A stretch of DNA of 64,000 nucleotides from Macrostomum lignano (Eukaryota): NCBI GenBank assembly GCA_002269645.1, contig NIVC01002140.1:1-64000 (forward strand). Reading direction: 5' to 3'. The notes beneath the pieces are model-generated. The model was given only the letters and a program-made list of their open reading frames with translations, had not been told where the DNA came from and did no database searches. Below, piece by piece: positions 1 through 11,537 of this stretch; within the stretch, counting starts at the first letter, position 1; every line of letters begins with the position of its first letter. A program made the position numbers and the translations under genes.

Positions 1-93
1 AGCAATTGACATATATTCCTCTAGAAACAATACGTGGGCGTCTATTGCCTGATTACCAGTTTTATTAATCTCTAACATGTAATTAAGTCCAAC

Positions 94-414
94 AGTAGTA
101 TATACGATACAAAATACCCAGCAAACCATTCTCACCATTGCAAACAATTTAACCCTTTATCAGTGTGAAATGGCCTGTTTCCCTTCATTTTCGCTCGTCT
201 TCACTTCGCTCAACTCGCTTCGCTCATCCTCGCTTCATTTCGGTCAAACAGGCCATTTCACACTTACAACGATTAATTCTTTTTGAATGGTGAGAACACG
301 CTCTCGTCGTTCGCTTTGGTTTGCTGGGTATTTTGTATCGTCAACGCTTCCAACTCTCTCCAACACACACAAACTTTCTAGAACCCGTCGCACGCGCCGC
401 AGGCGCGAAGGGTC
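94..414 (+). repeat. Left terminal inverted repeat of Polinton 1
   Basis: Reverse complement of 17320-17640; no mismatch seen by eye. Confidence 0.95.
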
Positions 415-595
415 GGAAAGAATAGAAGCTATTTATAGTCAGCTCACCTACCCACCCAACATTCCATTTAGACCAGATTTTAGACCAAATTTTTGAAAAC
501 GAAAACCAAAACGATAGTCTAGTTTTGTTTGGTCTAAAATCTGGTCTAAATGGAATGCAGACAATCTTTTTCTGTTACTAAAAATAGAACAAAAA

Positions 596-994
596 ATGAC
601 ACACGTTACACATATGCAAAATCTGAATGAATTGCAGGTAGGAGATCCAATTGAATACCGAGGTGAGGGCTTTGATTGATTTGGTTGGAACAGCAGCAAA
701 TTTTGTTAAAGACAATATGGGGCTTATAGGCCAAGCTGGCTCTGCAGCAGGCTCTATAACAAATGCTGTAAAAGGAGGAATTGAAGCAGCTAGAGCGGCA
801 GAAGAACTAAAGAAATTGAGAGATTTTAACGACACCCTCTCACAATAAAAGCAATAAAAGATTTAAAGCTGGCACAAGCCGCACAACCAACAGAAACCCC
901 CACGAAAAGCGCACCAATAAGTAATAAAGATATTCAGGATTTTAATAAAATGTTAAATACTATTAAAGGTGGAAAAGGATTAAAGAAATTTTAA
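596..994 (+). CDS. Small putative virion/core protein (two apparent 1-nt frameshifts)
   Basis: MTHVTHMQ...YRGEGF / IDLVGTAANFVKDN...TLSQ / IKAIKDLK...IKGGKGLKKF* can be joined across frames; contains GxG motifs. Confidence 0.55.
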
Positions 995-1004
995 CAATAT
1001 AAAA

Positions 1005-2000
1005 ATGGCTCAGTTAATGATGATGAAAACCGGTTATATTTTATAGGAGAAATTGTAGATACCTTAAATCTTGATGATAATAAGCAAACCCACACAATGT
1101 TAAAAAGATTGGATCGATTAGGTAAAAAGTTTGACTACGACATCGATACATTTAAACTCGCAGCAAAATATGCACAAGAAGGAAGGCCAATATCCTTTAA
1201 GAATCGCGGCAGAAATTATAGGTTGACAGACTCCGATGTGAAATTTTTAATGGAGACTCACACTAAAAAGGACGGTGGATTACTACCCATTCTACCGCTT
1301 CTTTTAGGACTTGGCGCAGCTGGAGCAGTCGGTTTAGCCGGAAAAAGAATTCATGATAATGTAAAACAGCTAGGAGAGTTAAGAGCGAAACAGGGGGGAA
1401 TCTTGCCCCTTGCAGCTTTGCTCCCAATAATTTTTGCAGGAATTGGAGCAGCTGGAGGAGTTGCTGGCGGAGCAGCTGGAATTGCAAAAGCAGTAAATGA
1501 CAAAAAAGCTGCGGACGAAAAAGCTAAAAGAGAGGCCGAATTTCAAAGACAGCAAATAACGCAGGACGCACAATTTAAACAAAAACTTATCGATACAATT
1601 AATAGTAGTTCAGCAACAGCTGAGCAAAAAAGAAATGCAGAAGCTAGGTTATCAGCTGGAAAAGGGTTAATACTAAAAGGATCAAATCATGGCAATGGTT
1701 TACTTTTACAAGGAACAACCCAAGGAAGCGGAGTTGTAGCAGATAAACTACATGAATTTGGTCAAACTTTAGAAAAAACGGGTGAGAAAGCTAAAGGATT
1801 TTTTGACAATATTGGGGCTAATTTTAGGCCAGCAGTTCAGAAGATTTTTACTAAATTAGGAAAAGATTTTAACATAATTGAAAAAGCATGATGGAAGCGG
1901 ATTATATCTCGAAATGAGACCAAAAGCAGGTTCAGGAATTTTCTTAAATTCAAACGTTATGGGCAATGGATTGCTGTTACCAAAAGCAGATCTCGAATAG
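1005..2000 (+). CDS. Adenovirus pX-like core/membrane protein with GG|ILP and GxGLxL motifs (frameshifts at both ends)
   Basis: ORF 1097-1891 has DGGLLPILPLLLG and QGGILPLAALLPIIFAGIGAAGG, resembling adenovirus pX GGILPLLIP. An alternative frame continues DGSGLYL...GSGIFL...GNGLLL to the stop at 2000. Confidence 0.7.
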
Positions 2001-2083
2001 GCTCCTGGGGGAGGGTCTGGACACCAAAAACGCAAAATTAAAAAATCAATAATTCAAACATTATATAAATTATATTCTATAAA

Positions 2084-5000
2084 ATGGAACAAAGATTGAC
2101 CCCAGATCAGATTCGACAACTTCTTGCAAATGAGCGCCAACAGTTCAATCGATTACAAAGACAGATTGAACAAATTGAACAGCGCCAAAGACAACAACGC
2201 CGCCAAAGAGCAAGAGAAAGACAGAGAGAAAGGCAGAGAGAAAGAGAAATACAAGACCAACAAATAAATGCATTAGCAAATAATATAAGGGCAGAATATG
2301 AAATGAAGCGATTAATAGAAAAGGCTGAATATGAAAAAAGAATAGCAGAATTAGAAAAAAACCAAAAGAAACCCACACGTCGGAAACCTCGGAATAAATC
2401 GGATGAAAAACCATTAGATGAGTTTATTAGGGTTTATCGATTTGAACCAATGCAGAATGTCCTAGATTTTATTGAAACCCAGCTTTCAAACGGATATGCT
2501 GTTGAAATTACTAATGCGAGGGTACAATATTTTTATAATAAAACCGGAGATGATCGTGAAGAGATTAATCAATACTTAGCAACATTTTATAATATAAGCC
2601 AATTTCAAGCTTGGTTTAAGCATTTGGTAGAAAATTACGACATGAATTTAAGTGTGTTTTCTGGAAGACTTAAAATGACACCAAACGAAATTACACTTAA
2701 ACACGAAAGGTCAAAGCAGGGTATGGGAACAAATGTCATGTGTGAAATTGTAGAGTATAAAGATGAGTACTGTTACATACCTAGTGATGGAAATTGTTTC
2801 TACAAGTGTGTTCAGTTTATTTATGGTGATAAAGCCCCATCCAAAGACGAATATGGTGCTTGGTTGTTCGACTCAAGAACCCAAAGAGGTTTAATGACAA
2901 ATTCAAGAATTGGAAGATTCAATGAATATTTTAATCTTAATATAGGGCTGTACAACACCAAAAATCGTGGCATTGAACCAAAGTCTCAAAGAGGGATTCA
3001 CCACGATTGGTTATTAATAAATTATTTCCACACACCGATTACCACATTGGGCATTATTGTCTTATATCAAATAAACAACGAGGAATCGCCCTCGAACGGA
3101 TAAAAGACAATTATAAAGTTGTATATAAAAACCCAACGCTCGAAAATGTTAAGGAGCTAAAAATGTTCAACACACCCACAAATCCCAATAAATCAAACGT
3201 ATATATATTTGATTTTGAAACATATTTAAATTATAATCAACAAGCATGTCCGTATGCGGTTGGTCTTTTAAACTATAACGACTTTTCTAATAAGTGTAAT
3301 GAAACCCCAGAGACAATAAAGAAACTAACTAAGATCTTGATATCAGATCGCGGTTGTGATTTTCAAACAGATGGAGATAAGGTTGACCGTGCCGAAGGTT
3401 CGCAACCAAAGGTTGATTGTGTTAGAAAAATGTTTAAATACCTTGGTACAGTTAGGTCAAAAAAGATTGTTTTGATCGCGCATAACTCATCCCGCTTGAT
3501 TCATACATACCACTATTTTGTAATATAAAACCAATTAAAATTCTCAAAACCCCAAGAGGAATATTATCAATAACTTTTGTAAACGATTACGCGTCAAAAG
3601 AGGTTAGTGCATTTATAAACAAAGATAAGAAGAAGAATCATAAGGATTCGAAACAAACCATTACGATGCTTTGTTCATATCAACACGCATCAATGAGTTT
3701 AAAAAAGTTTTGCTCATCAATGACAATTAGAGAGGATTTGCGAAAGACCTCAATGGTTCACGACATTACCGAACACGACTATTTAGAGCGCATGGACGAA
3801 TGGTATGAATATTTACAATTTGATCTTATTTCTTTATGCGCCTGTATTCATAAGTATAATGAAATAGCATATGAAATTGGAGGAATGACAATGTTCGATA
3901 CTCTTACCTGTTCAAGTTTAACATTAAAATGTTGGTTTAAAGATTTTGTTAGAGTTGAAGACAAAATGAAACAATATCTAAAGACAGAAGAAAAAACTAA
4001 TTACATTAAAAAAGTTGAAGAAATAATATCTCCGTTGAAAATAGAGGATTATTTTGACTTAAGCAAACTTGAAAAAGCAAAATACCAAACACTATTAAGA
4101 AAAGAATTTTCAGTTCACTCTCATACCAATCCTTATATACGAAGGTTTATGCGGGACGCAGTCAAAGGAGGCAGGGTATTTGCACTAATAAATAAATATG
4201 AAAGCGACTGTTTTCAAACAATTGTAGACGTTGTAAAAGCCCATTTAAAAACACCAACAAGCGACCCATGCGAGGTTATATCATCTTATCTCAAAAGCGA
4301 TATGGAAGAAAAAAAGAAAATCGCAATTAAACTAAAAAAGCAATTGGGTACCGTATCAGATTGTTTAATGAATTTTGATGGAGTTTCGTTGTACCCATCT
4401 GCCATGTCTGATAAGGATAGTGAATATCCAAGAGCAGAAACAGCAAGAGTTTTTGATATAAGCGAGGAAAAAGATTTCTTGGCACAATTTAATTCACAAA
4501 CCTTTCGACCAAAAACAGCGGTTTTAAAGATTATGTATGAGAATCCTAACACCGTTTTTCTTCAACATCTCCCATCGAAAGATAAAGAGAAATTTTATAA
4601 TCCGGAAACAAAAGCAAACGAAACAAAAACATTAAATAGGTTTAGAAACGGAAAAGTAATTGACACCTTATGTTCCGTAGATATACAAGAAATTGTAAGA
4701 ATGGGTGGAAAAATATTAAAGATATATAGTGGAATTGTATATGAAAAAAATTACGATTTCTCTCCGTTTCAGAATTATATTACAAATCTTTTTGAAATGA
4801 GAAAAGTATTTAAAAAAGAAAATAACGAGGCAGGTTCTGAATTGGTAAAAACACTATTAAATTCATTATATGGCAAAACAGTTCAAAGAGACATTACTTT
4901 CACAACACATCTCTGGAATTTGCAAACATTAAAAACCGAATACGATGACACAATCAAATCATATGAGAAAATATGTGACGATTTATATTATGTTGAAAAA

Positions 5001-5702
5001 AATAAAGACACGCAAGAATATGTAGATGAGGAAGAGGAAAGTCCTATAACAAGCCTTTGTCCAGCACAATTAGGAATATTTATCTTAGCTCATTCAAGAA
5101 GGATCATGAATAATTTTATTACCTCTATAGAGGGCTCAAAGACTCCAGAAATTTATTACGGCGATACAGATTCGTTATATATACATAAAAAACATTGGGA
5201 CACATTAAATAAAAACGGGCACGTTGGAAATAACTTAAGTCAAGGAAAAAATGATTATGGAGAGGGTGGAATTATATTCGGTTATTTTATCGCTCCTAAA
5301 ATTAAATATTGTCTTTTATTGAAAGACGATTTTATTATGGAAGAGAAAAAAACATTTAAAGGATGTGCAAACGATAAGATTAATTTTGCATCGTTTAAAA
5401 CTTTATATGATGGACAGTCAATAAAAGTAAATAATAATGCTCCGTGGAAACGATCATTTGAAGGTGGTATAACAATTCCTCAAAGCGGATCAACAATATC
5501 AAAAACATATACCTCTACGATAAACACATTTAAAAGAGAAAAACCGGATAAAAACGGAGTTATGAAACCATTCTTTAAAAACTATTTTGATGACAAACCA
5601 CAGCATGAACATTCAATTGAATATTATAACAGTTTACTATTTGACGTTGACTATAATTGTTTTGAGTTCGATATTGATGAATTAGCACTTGAAAAAAACT
5701 AA
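2084..5702 (+). CDS. polB: Protein-primed family B DNA polymerase (split over ORFs 2084-3103, 3007-3528 and 3666-5702 by frameshifts)
   Basis: ExoI YIFDFET, motif A NFDGVSLYPSAM, motif B KTLLNSLYGK, motif C YYGDTDS. The N-terminal coiled-coil region is consistent with a terminal-protein domain. Confidence 0.95.
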
Positions 5703-6035
5703 AGCATGTAATTGTTTGAGCAAATCATTAACTTCAATTTCATATATTATTGAGCACCAATTATCCTCACAGTCGGCAGGGTAACTTAAACAATCCTTTA
5801 TTTTTTTCCTAAGTTTTTTTATTTTTCTAACCAATCTATCTATTTCAATTTCAATTACTATTTCAGCATAAACAATATCTTGTCTTAAAAAACGTTTTCT
5901 TTTATCTATCTCATATCGGATGGGAAACATATCGTCCCCATACTCATGATATTTCTGAGATATAATTATATTTATTTTTTTATTAATATCATTAAGTTCA
6001 CGCTCTTTAGTGATAAGGATTTTTATCGTATCCAT
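5682..6035 (-). CDS. Hypothetical Polinton protein
   Basis: 117-aa ORF with AAAATG start context inside the element. Confidence 0.55.
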   Translation of the reverse strand: MDTIKILITKERELNDINKKINIIISQKYHEYGDDMFPIRYEIDKRKRFLRQDIVYAEIVIEIEIDRLVRKIKKLRKKIKDCLSYPADCEDNWCSIIYEIEVNDLLKQLHALVFFKC

Positions 6036-6050
6036 TTTCTTATAAAAAAT

Positions 6051-6383
6051 TTAGTCTTCGTCGTCATCCTCCCAAACAGCCGCCAATTTTACAGTCCTAT
6101 CACTCTTTTTATTATTTGTTTGTTTTAGTTTAAATTGCAATCCACCCTCGTTGCAGTATTTCATAACAAACGCTTTAGGTTTATTAATAACTAAAACAGG
6201 AAAATTTTTAACATCATCTCCGCTTAGACATAAAATTTTTTGCCCATCTAATTGTAAAAATATTGATTGAAGCCCAATAAATTTAACCTGTCTCAAACAT
6301 ATAATATTATATTCTTTATTCTCCAACATATTGGGTGTGAGATAATTAATCACATTAGAATCGGTTTTGAACCAGCTCTCCAT
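6051..6383 (-). CDS. Hypothetical Polinton protein (acidic C-terminal tail)
   Basis: 110-aa ORF with AAAAATG context, ending WEDDDED. Confidence 0.6.
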   Translation of the reverse strand: MESWFKTDSNVINYLTPNMLENKEYNIICLRQVKFIGLQSIFLQLDGQKILCLSGDDVKNFPVLVINKPKAFVMKYCNEGGLQFKLKQTNNKKSDRTVKLAAVWEDDDED

Positions 6384-6409
6384 TTTTAATCTAAAAAAAT
6401 AACAAAAAA

Positions 6410-6920
6410 ATGAAAGACATTTATGTTTGTAATAAATGTAATGTGACTATGCACAGAGGGCAAACAGCAAACGGAGATATATATCATATGTGTTATTCAT
6501 GTTCTAAAATATATCAATTTGAAAAAACAAAAAAGATTGAAAACTCATATTACTATTTTAAAAACAATTTTAAGAAATCTTACAAGAGACATTTCTGATC
6601 CAATTTTAATTCCCGGAAATAATGTTTATTTATATAATAACTTTTTCCATTTAAATAAAGGAAAGGGATTAAGTTCGAAAGACTCTGAAAGGAATTTAAT
6701 TTTAGTTGGATATTATTTCAATTTTCTTATTCGAGAGAATACAAAGTTTATAAGGATAGGTAACATACCTAACGAAATGTTATTGAAAAAGTCATTGGAA
6801 TTTTTATGTATTGATAAAAAATTTAAACCTAGAATCAGAAGAGAGTTACCACTTTGGGAAGAATATATAACATATGCATTAGAAAAACTAAACAACCTGA
6901 AGTTCTACCGCACTTCCTGA
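6410..6920 (+). CDS. Hypothetical protein(s) with N-terminal CxxC...CxxC (ORFs 6410-6598 and 6519-6920, possibly one frameshifted gene)
   Basis: CNKC...CYSC motif; overlapping ORFs on the same strand. Confidence 0.45.
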
Positions 6921-7543
6921 CCGCGGGCTTTGTGCCCCAGTAGCAATAGTTTCAGGTTCGTAAATGCCTAATGTTTCTATCGGTGGAGCTTTGGGTTTAT
7001 CGAGTCTCAACTCTTTTAATTCCATATCGGTAAAAGTTTCAACATCTAAAATTCTATTTCTATCTTTTAAATATTTTTCATATAATTCAACCGCGGTTGA
7101 TAATTCATGAATCGTTATCTCTCCGTCATCCAATATTTTTTGCACATATAAATATAACTGATTTTTATATTGCTTGCAACATCTCTTAATGATTTATATT
7201 TTTCCTTTCTTTTTTTAAGATATAATTTAATTGCTAAAAGTATTGATAAGTTCCTGATCAATTCAAAACCTGATATTGAGCCAATTGAAATACCTAAAAA
7301 TAATTGAGATAAATTAAGAGTTGGAATAGATTGTAAAATACCTAAAACGATTACACATAACATTGATAAGCTTCCAAATCCAATATTGAAAAAGTCCATA
7401 TTTCTTATATGGTTTGAAACTCTTCTTACTTTTTTAGCATATAAATCATAATCATAATTTATTCGATCAACATTACTCAACATCTGACCTTTACGTTGGT
7501 TGAACCGGTCGCGTTCCCATTTATCTGCTTCAGATACCGACAT
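6888..7543 (-). CDS. Putative two-TM membrane protein (frameshift near 7130)
   Basis: Two hydrophobic segments, then KKRKEKYKSL...; continues in the second frame as QKILDDGEITIHELSTAVELYEKY. Confidence 0.55.
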
Positions 7544-7856
7544 TCTCGTCTATTTTTAATAGCACCAAAATGAATTCCCCGCGCTCTTTGGGGATTTGCC
7601 CCGAGCTCAATAGGTATTGTATTGGAGTGATTCTTTCTTTTTTCTCCCATTTAAATCCTATTTTCCAAAACTCTTGAAGTATAATATGATTTTTTAATAA
7701 CTTAATTAATTCTTGAAGCTTCTTATTATCCTGAACATTTACAGTACTAAATAAAAATTTGGTATGAGATTTGAATGTTTTTATATTCGACCCCTGTTTA
7801 GGAATAGGAATATAGACATTATTTTGCCGAATCGATGGAGTTCTACTAAAAGCCAT
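7530..7856 (-). CDS. Hypothetical Polinton protein
   Basis: The true start is probably ATG at 7856 (MAFSRTPSIRQ...) rather than the upstream extension in the ORF track. Confidence 0.5.
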   Translation of the reverse strand: MAFSRTPSIRQNNVYIPIPKQGSNIKTFKSHTKFLFSTVNVQDNKKLQELIKLLKNHIILQEFWKIGFKWEKKERITPIQYLLSSGQIPKERGEFILVLLKIDENVGI

Positions 7857-7888
7857 TTTATATAGAAATATTTTATATATAAATATTT

Positions 7889-9933
7889 TATATTTGAGTA
7901 GGAGGTTTTTCCAAATAAGCAGTAGAGGGAAAAACATAACCAAACGACGTACTACCACATACAACTGCGCCACGAATAAAATGTGCAGCATCCGATCCTC
8001 CAGTTCGAGCACCAAAACCCATAAGGGTTCCAGATTTATCTAAAGTTCCCCAAGTTCCACTATCATATGTGAAAACGTTCTGCCAATGAGGGTAAAAGAA
8101 TCACCAGCAACATTGTATGACTGTAATCGGTACCAAACCCTTTGATTTAAAATATTAACTTCAAATAAATGCCAATCGCCGTTATCAATATTAGCATAGG
8201 CTACAGTTTGATCCGCATCACTACTAACATCGTTACGAACCGTAGATCCGTCTGATTTTTTATTACTCCAAACAACTCCAAACCTATCATGCCACTCACT
8301 TGCAAAAACTATCAATCCGGCGTCGGTTGATAATCCAGATCCAAATTCCGATGTTGGACGTTGGTGACAGTATGCATAAAACCAAACCGCATCTGCACCA
8401 TCTCCTGTAGCATTAGCAACTCGGAAAAAGAAAGACGCAGATATATTTTGAAAATGTGTGAAATTGAATTGTAAAGCACCACTTACTCCAGAAGTTTCAC
8501 GAGTAATTCTAGCGCCGTTTTGATAATCGATATAAGAAGCGTCACCAATTAAAGAACCGACTGGATATATATCTCCGGCGGTTGTTGGATTTTGATATCC
8601 AGACCAATTACAAATTACTGGTTCGAACAAGGCCGCATCAATAGCAGGTATTCCATCCAATTTATTTTTATCGCTTCCAGACATTCTACCATTTGATGTT
8701 GGAGTAGCTAGCTGATCTACGTACGCTCGCGGAACTGCAGAAAGTATTTGAGTTGGCCAATTAAGATCTTGAATTTCAACACGGTGTTCAAATAATTGTA
8801 TTTGACGAACCTCGATAGGTTGTGTACCGGTACCACCAGTTGGGAAGAATACGCTATAATATTTCCAAAAATTAGTCGTTAAATTAGATAGAGCAAATGA
8901 TGTTGCTTGAACTGGTGATCCCGACGTAGTTAATGTTGTCCATGAATCGGTAGCAACATTTTTTGCGCGAACCGACCACCCGAGGGTATCTCAATTGTTT
9001 CACTGCCTGTAATTCTTAATTCAAATATTCTTCTATTATAACCTAAAAATTCAAATTGAATTTCCATATTGGTTGTGGTTCCGGTATTTGGTGACCATTG
9101 TGTCGCAAGGCTTCCATCTCCAACTCGAAAAGCTGTGTTGCCATTTTCAGATGCTGTAAGAACAACATCAGGATTTGAAGTATTTGATGTAAGCGGCGTG
9201 TAAAAATATCGGCGTCGGTTGCATTAGCTCGCTCGTTTACTTGGCCTAGAGTTATCGAGTCTGCGTTCTCTGTTCCAAATAATAAATTTGTTAATTTAAA
9301 ATTATTCATATTAATATTTCCACTACGAGTGGCAACTTGATTATCGACATAGTTCTTATCAACCACTGAATCACTAGTTGTAATTGAAACATTTATAATT
9401 CGGTTGTTGCTCATATCTAGGTTTCCGGTTGCGGTGGTTTGAACATAACGTGAATCAGAATCAGTTCGAGAATAAGAATCAGTTACATCTCTTTTTAAAT
9501 TTAATCCATTATCAACTTCGGTTTTGGTATAAGAATCGGCTACGTTCCGTTTCAAATTTAATGAATTATCAACTTCGGTTTTGGTATAAGAATCGGCTAC
9601 GTTCCGTTTCAAATTTAATGAATTATCAACTTCGGTTTTGGTATAAGAATCGGCTGTATTGCGTTTTAAATTTAATGAATTATCAACTTCGGTTTTGGTA
9701 TAGGAATCGGCTACGTTCCGTTTCAGATTTAGTGAATCATCTATTTGAGTTTTGGTATAGGAATCTGCAACATTTCTTTTTAAATTTAGTTTAGTATCAA
9801 CTTCACTTTTTTTATAACCTTCATCTTCATTAATATATCGATTATCTCCAAATGTAACACTTATTCCACCAGATGTGCCACCACCACCACTACTTGTTGT
9901 TCCGTTCCATGAGGGTGTTCCAGAAAATAACAT
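7889..9933 (-). CDS. Fibre/tail-like protein with YTKTEVD repeats and C-terminal L-type lectin-like domain (several frameshifts)
   Basis: 19-aa repeats, fibre-type NMNNFKLTNL / KNYVD motifs, then GDGADAVWF and GFGARTGGSDAAHFI, resembling legume-lectin GADG and GFxAxTG motifs. Confidence 0.65.
9480..9830 (-). repeat. 57-bp coding tandem repeat (~6 copies)
   Basis: tacgttccgtttcaaattt... recurs at 9541 and 9598 (period 57); encodes NLKRNVADSYTKTEVDNSL. Confidence 0.9.
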
Positions 9934-10000
9934 TTTTTACTGTCTATTTTATAGAGTCTAAAATCGCCCCGTAGGGTCGCGGACTCCGTCCGATCGAACC

Positions 10001-10441
10001 TTAGGTTCGCATGCTTTGCATGATATTCTTAAATACTTCGGGGGTTTCCTTCGAGTTATTAATTTTATATAAAAAATACAACGCCGCTTGCCCGCAATAA
10101 CTTTTATCAAAGGTTTGAAATTGTTCGTGATGATCTCCACATAAACGATTTTTAGTATGATTAAATTTATCTTTTATTTCCTGTAACGGAGGAAGCGCGT
10201 ATGAATCAAAAAAATAAACAAGTTTAGGTTTGGAATAAACTGCCGACCAATGAACACCATTTTCTTTTGTTGTTTCAATATTAACAATGAAAGATCCATA
10301 TCTTGGTAAGTCTTTTATCTCATCCCGCATAACACATCTGAATGGTTTTATTTTTAACTGCCTCGCCCAATTTGTTAATTCGATATTGCTTGTTGTGTCC
10401 GTTCCATATCTTTGTTTAAAATCATCCCACGTCATGGTCAT
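10001..10441 (-). CDS. Adenain-like cysteine protease (maturation protease)
   Basis: GVHWSAV (His), YFFDSY (Asp), QTFDKSYCGQ (Gln/Cys). Confidence 0.92.
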   Translation of the reverse strand: MTMTWDDFKQRYGTDTTSNIELTNWARQLKIKPFRCVMRDEIKDLPRYGSFIVNIETTKENGVHWSAVYSKPKLVYFFDSYALPPLQEIKDKFNHTKNRLCGDHHEQFQTFDKSYCGQAALYFLYKINNSKETPEVFKNIMQSMRT

Positions 10442-10442
10442 T

Positions 10443-10628
10443 TTATGTTCCTGAAAAACTCTTGGTTTTAGTTAGTTTCGTAGGTGTGGGTTTTAACAAT
10501 TCCTTTCTTATTTTATCAGCTTGTAACTGCCTTAATTTTGCTAGTTCTAGTTCGTAATTATCTTCAGCTTTTTTAACTTTTTCTGATTGTTTTTTTATTA
10601 AATTATTATTATTATTATTATTACCCAT
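10443..10628 (-). CDS. Small coiled-coil protein
   Basis: 61-aa ORF between penton and protease genes on the same strand. Confidence 0.45.
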   Translation of the reverse strand: MGNNNNNNNLIKKQSEKVKKAEDNYELELAKLRQLQADKIRKELLKPTPTKLTKTKSFSGT

Positions 10629-10641
10629 TTTTACTATAGGA

Positions 10642-11427
10642 TTAAACCTGTTTTATACGTAAAATTATTGTTATTGACTGCCCACCAAAACTTATTAATC
10701 CATCGCTTTCATCTACAATCCTAATATAAATTGATTGAACATTATATTGATTTAATGGGTAATATATTGGGGTTTGGGGTGCAACAATCACCCTCTCTCC
10801 AATTGGAACAGCAAGAAATGGGACTGAATAAATAATTCCACGTTGAACCAAAACTCCGTTATCGTCTGTTATATAACCACCGTTTGAAATGTCGGTTGTT
10901 ATATTAATTGTATTTACTCCACCCTCTATATTTCCAACTGTATCACCGGTGCTTGATGTGGTAACTATTCGGGAATTAAATCCAAGTATGGTTCTGAGTG
11001 AATTTGCAATTGTGAAATCAACCTGATATCCGGATCCTAGTGATAGTGTGAATCTGCCAGACGGTAAATCAACACCTATAACAATTGCTCCTGCTACCCA
11101 ATCACCATTAGTTGTTAATTCTCCTTCTATATAAGCATTCAAATCAGTATAGCTATACGCTCCTGGGTTAACGCTAAATGTTGTCCAATTGGCTCCGGAA
11201 TCTTTAGAATATCTAAATTGATTATTTGTTGCATTAATTAATTGAGGCATGTTGAAAACCGAAAATAGTATTAAACCTATTTGATAACTTAGGCTTTGAT
11301 CAAGTTGTAATGGATCGCGCAATTGAATCCGTTGCTCGCTGGTTGTCATTATAAACTGTAATGTTGTACTAAATTTTGAATTAGTTCGATCTACCAATTG
11401 TTTTATAGTATCTAAATTTGTAGTCAT
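10642..11427 (-). CDS. Minor capsid protein (penton)
   Basis: LRDPLQLDQSLSYQIGL...NATNNQFRY...PGAYS...RTILGF...INITTDI...IYSVP...GERVIVAPQTPIYYPL...IRIVDE pattern typical of the Polinton penton; adjacent to the ATPase. Confidence 0.88.
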   Translation of the reverse strand: MTTNLDTIKQLVDRTNSKFSTTLQFIMTTSEQRIQLRDPLQLDQSLSYQIGLILFSVFNMPQLINATNNQFRYSKDSGANWTTFSVNPGAYSYTDLNAYIEGELTTNGDWVAGAIVIGVDLPSGRFTLSLGSGYQVDFTIANSLRTILGFNSRIVTTSSTGDTVGNIEGGVNTINITTDISNGGYITDDNGVLVQRGIIYSVPFLAVPIGERVIVAPQTPIYYPLNQYNVQSIYIRIVDESDGLISFGGQSITIILRIKQV

Positions 11428-11445
11428 TTTTATAGTGGGAAATTA

Positions 11446-11537
11446 ATCGGACGAAGTCCGCGTTCCGAAGGAACGATCGAACGAAGTTCGCGACCCTATG
11501 GGGCGATCGTACCGAAGGTACGCGTGCTATGCACGAT
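11446..11537. mobile_element. Tandem of three 28-nt double-hairpin micro-elements separated by AT (other copies at 3386-3417, 9963-10024, 11959-11990, 14545-14578, 21960-21991)
   Basis: AT-cggacgaagtccg-cgttccgaaggaacg-AT-cgaacgaagttcg-cgaccctatggggcg-AT-cgtaccgaaggtacg-cgtgctatgcacg-AT. Confidence 0.85.

Noticed and set aside
287-496. Short ORFs in the TIRs (also 17448-17648, 22615-22872 and the extensions of 17566 and 22570)
   Set aside because: They lie in inverted-repeat DNA or are read-through created by the insertion, with no coding features.
11446-11537. Hairpin cluster as a CRISPR-like array or rho-independent terminators
   Set aside because: There is no constant repeat with spacers and no U-tracts, and identical units occur in frame inside genes. 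Treated as micro-insertions instead.
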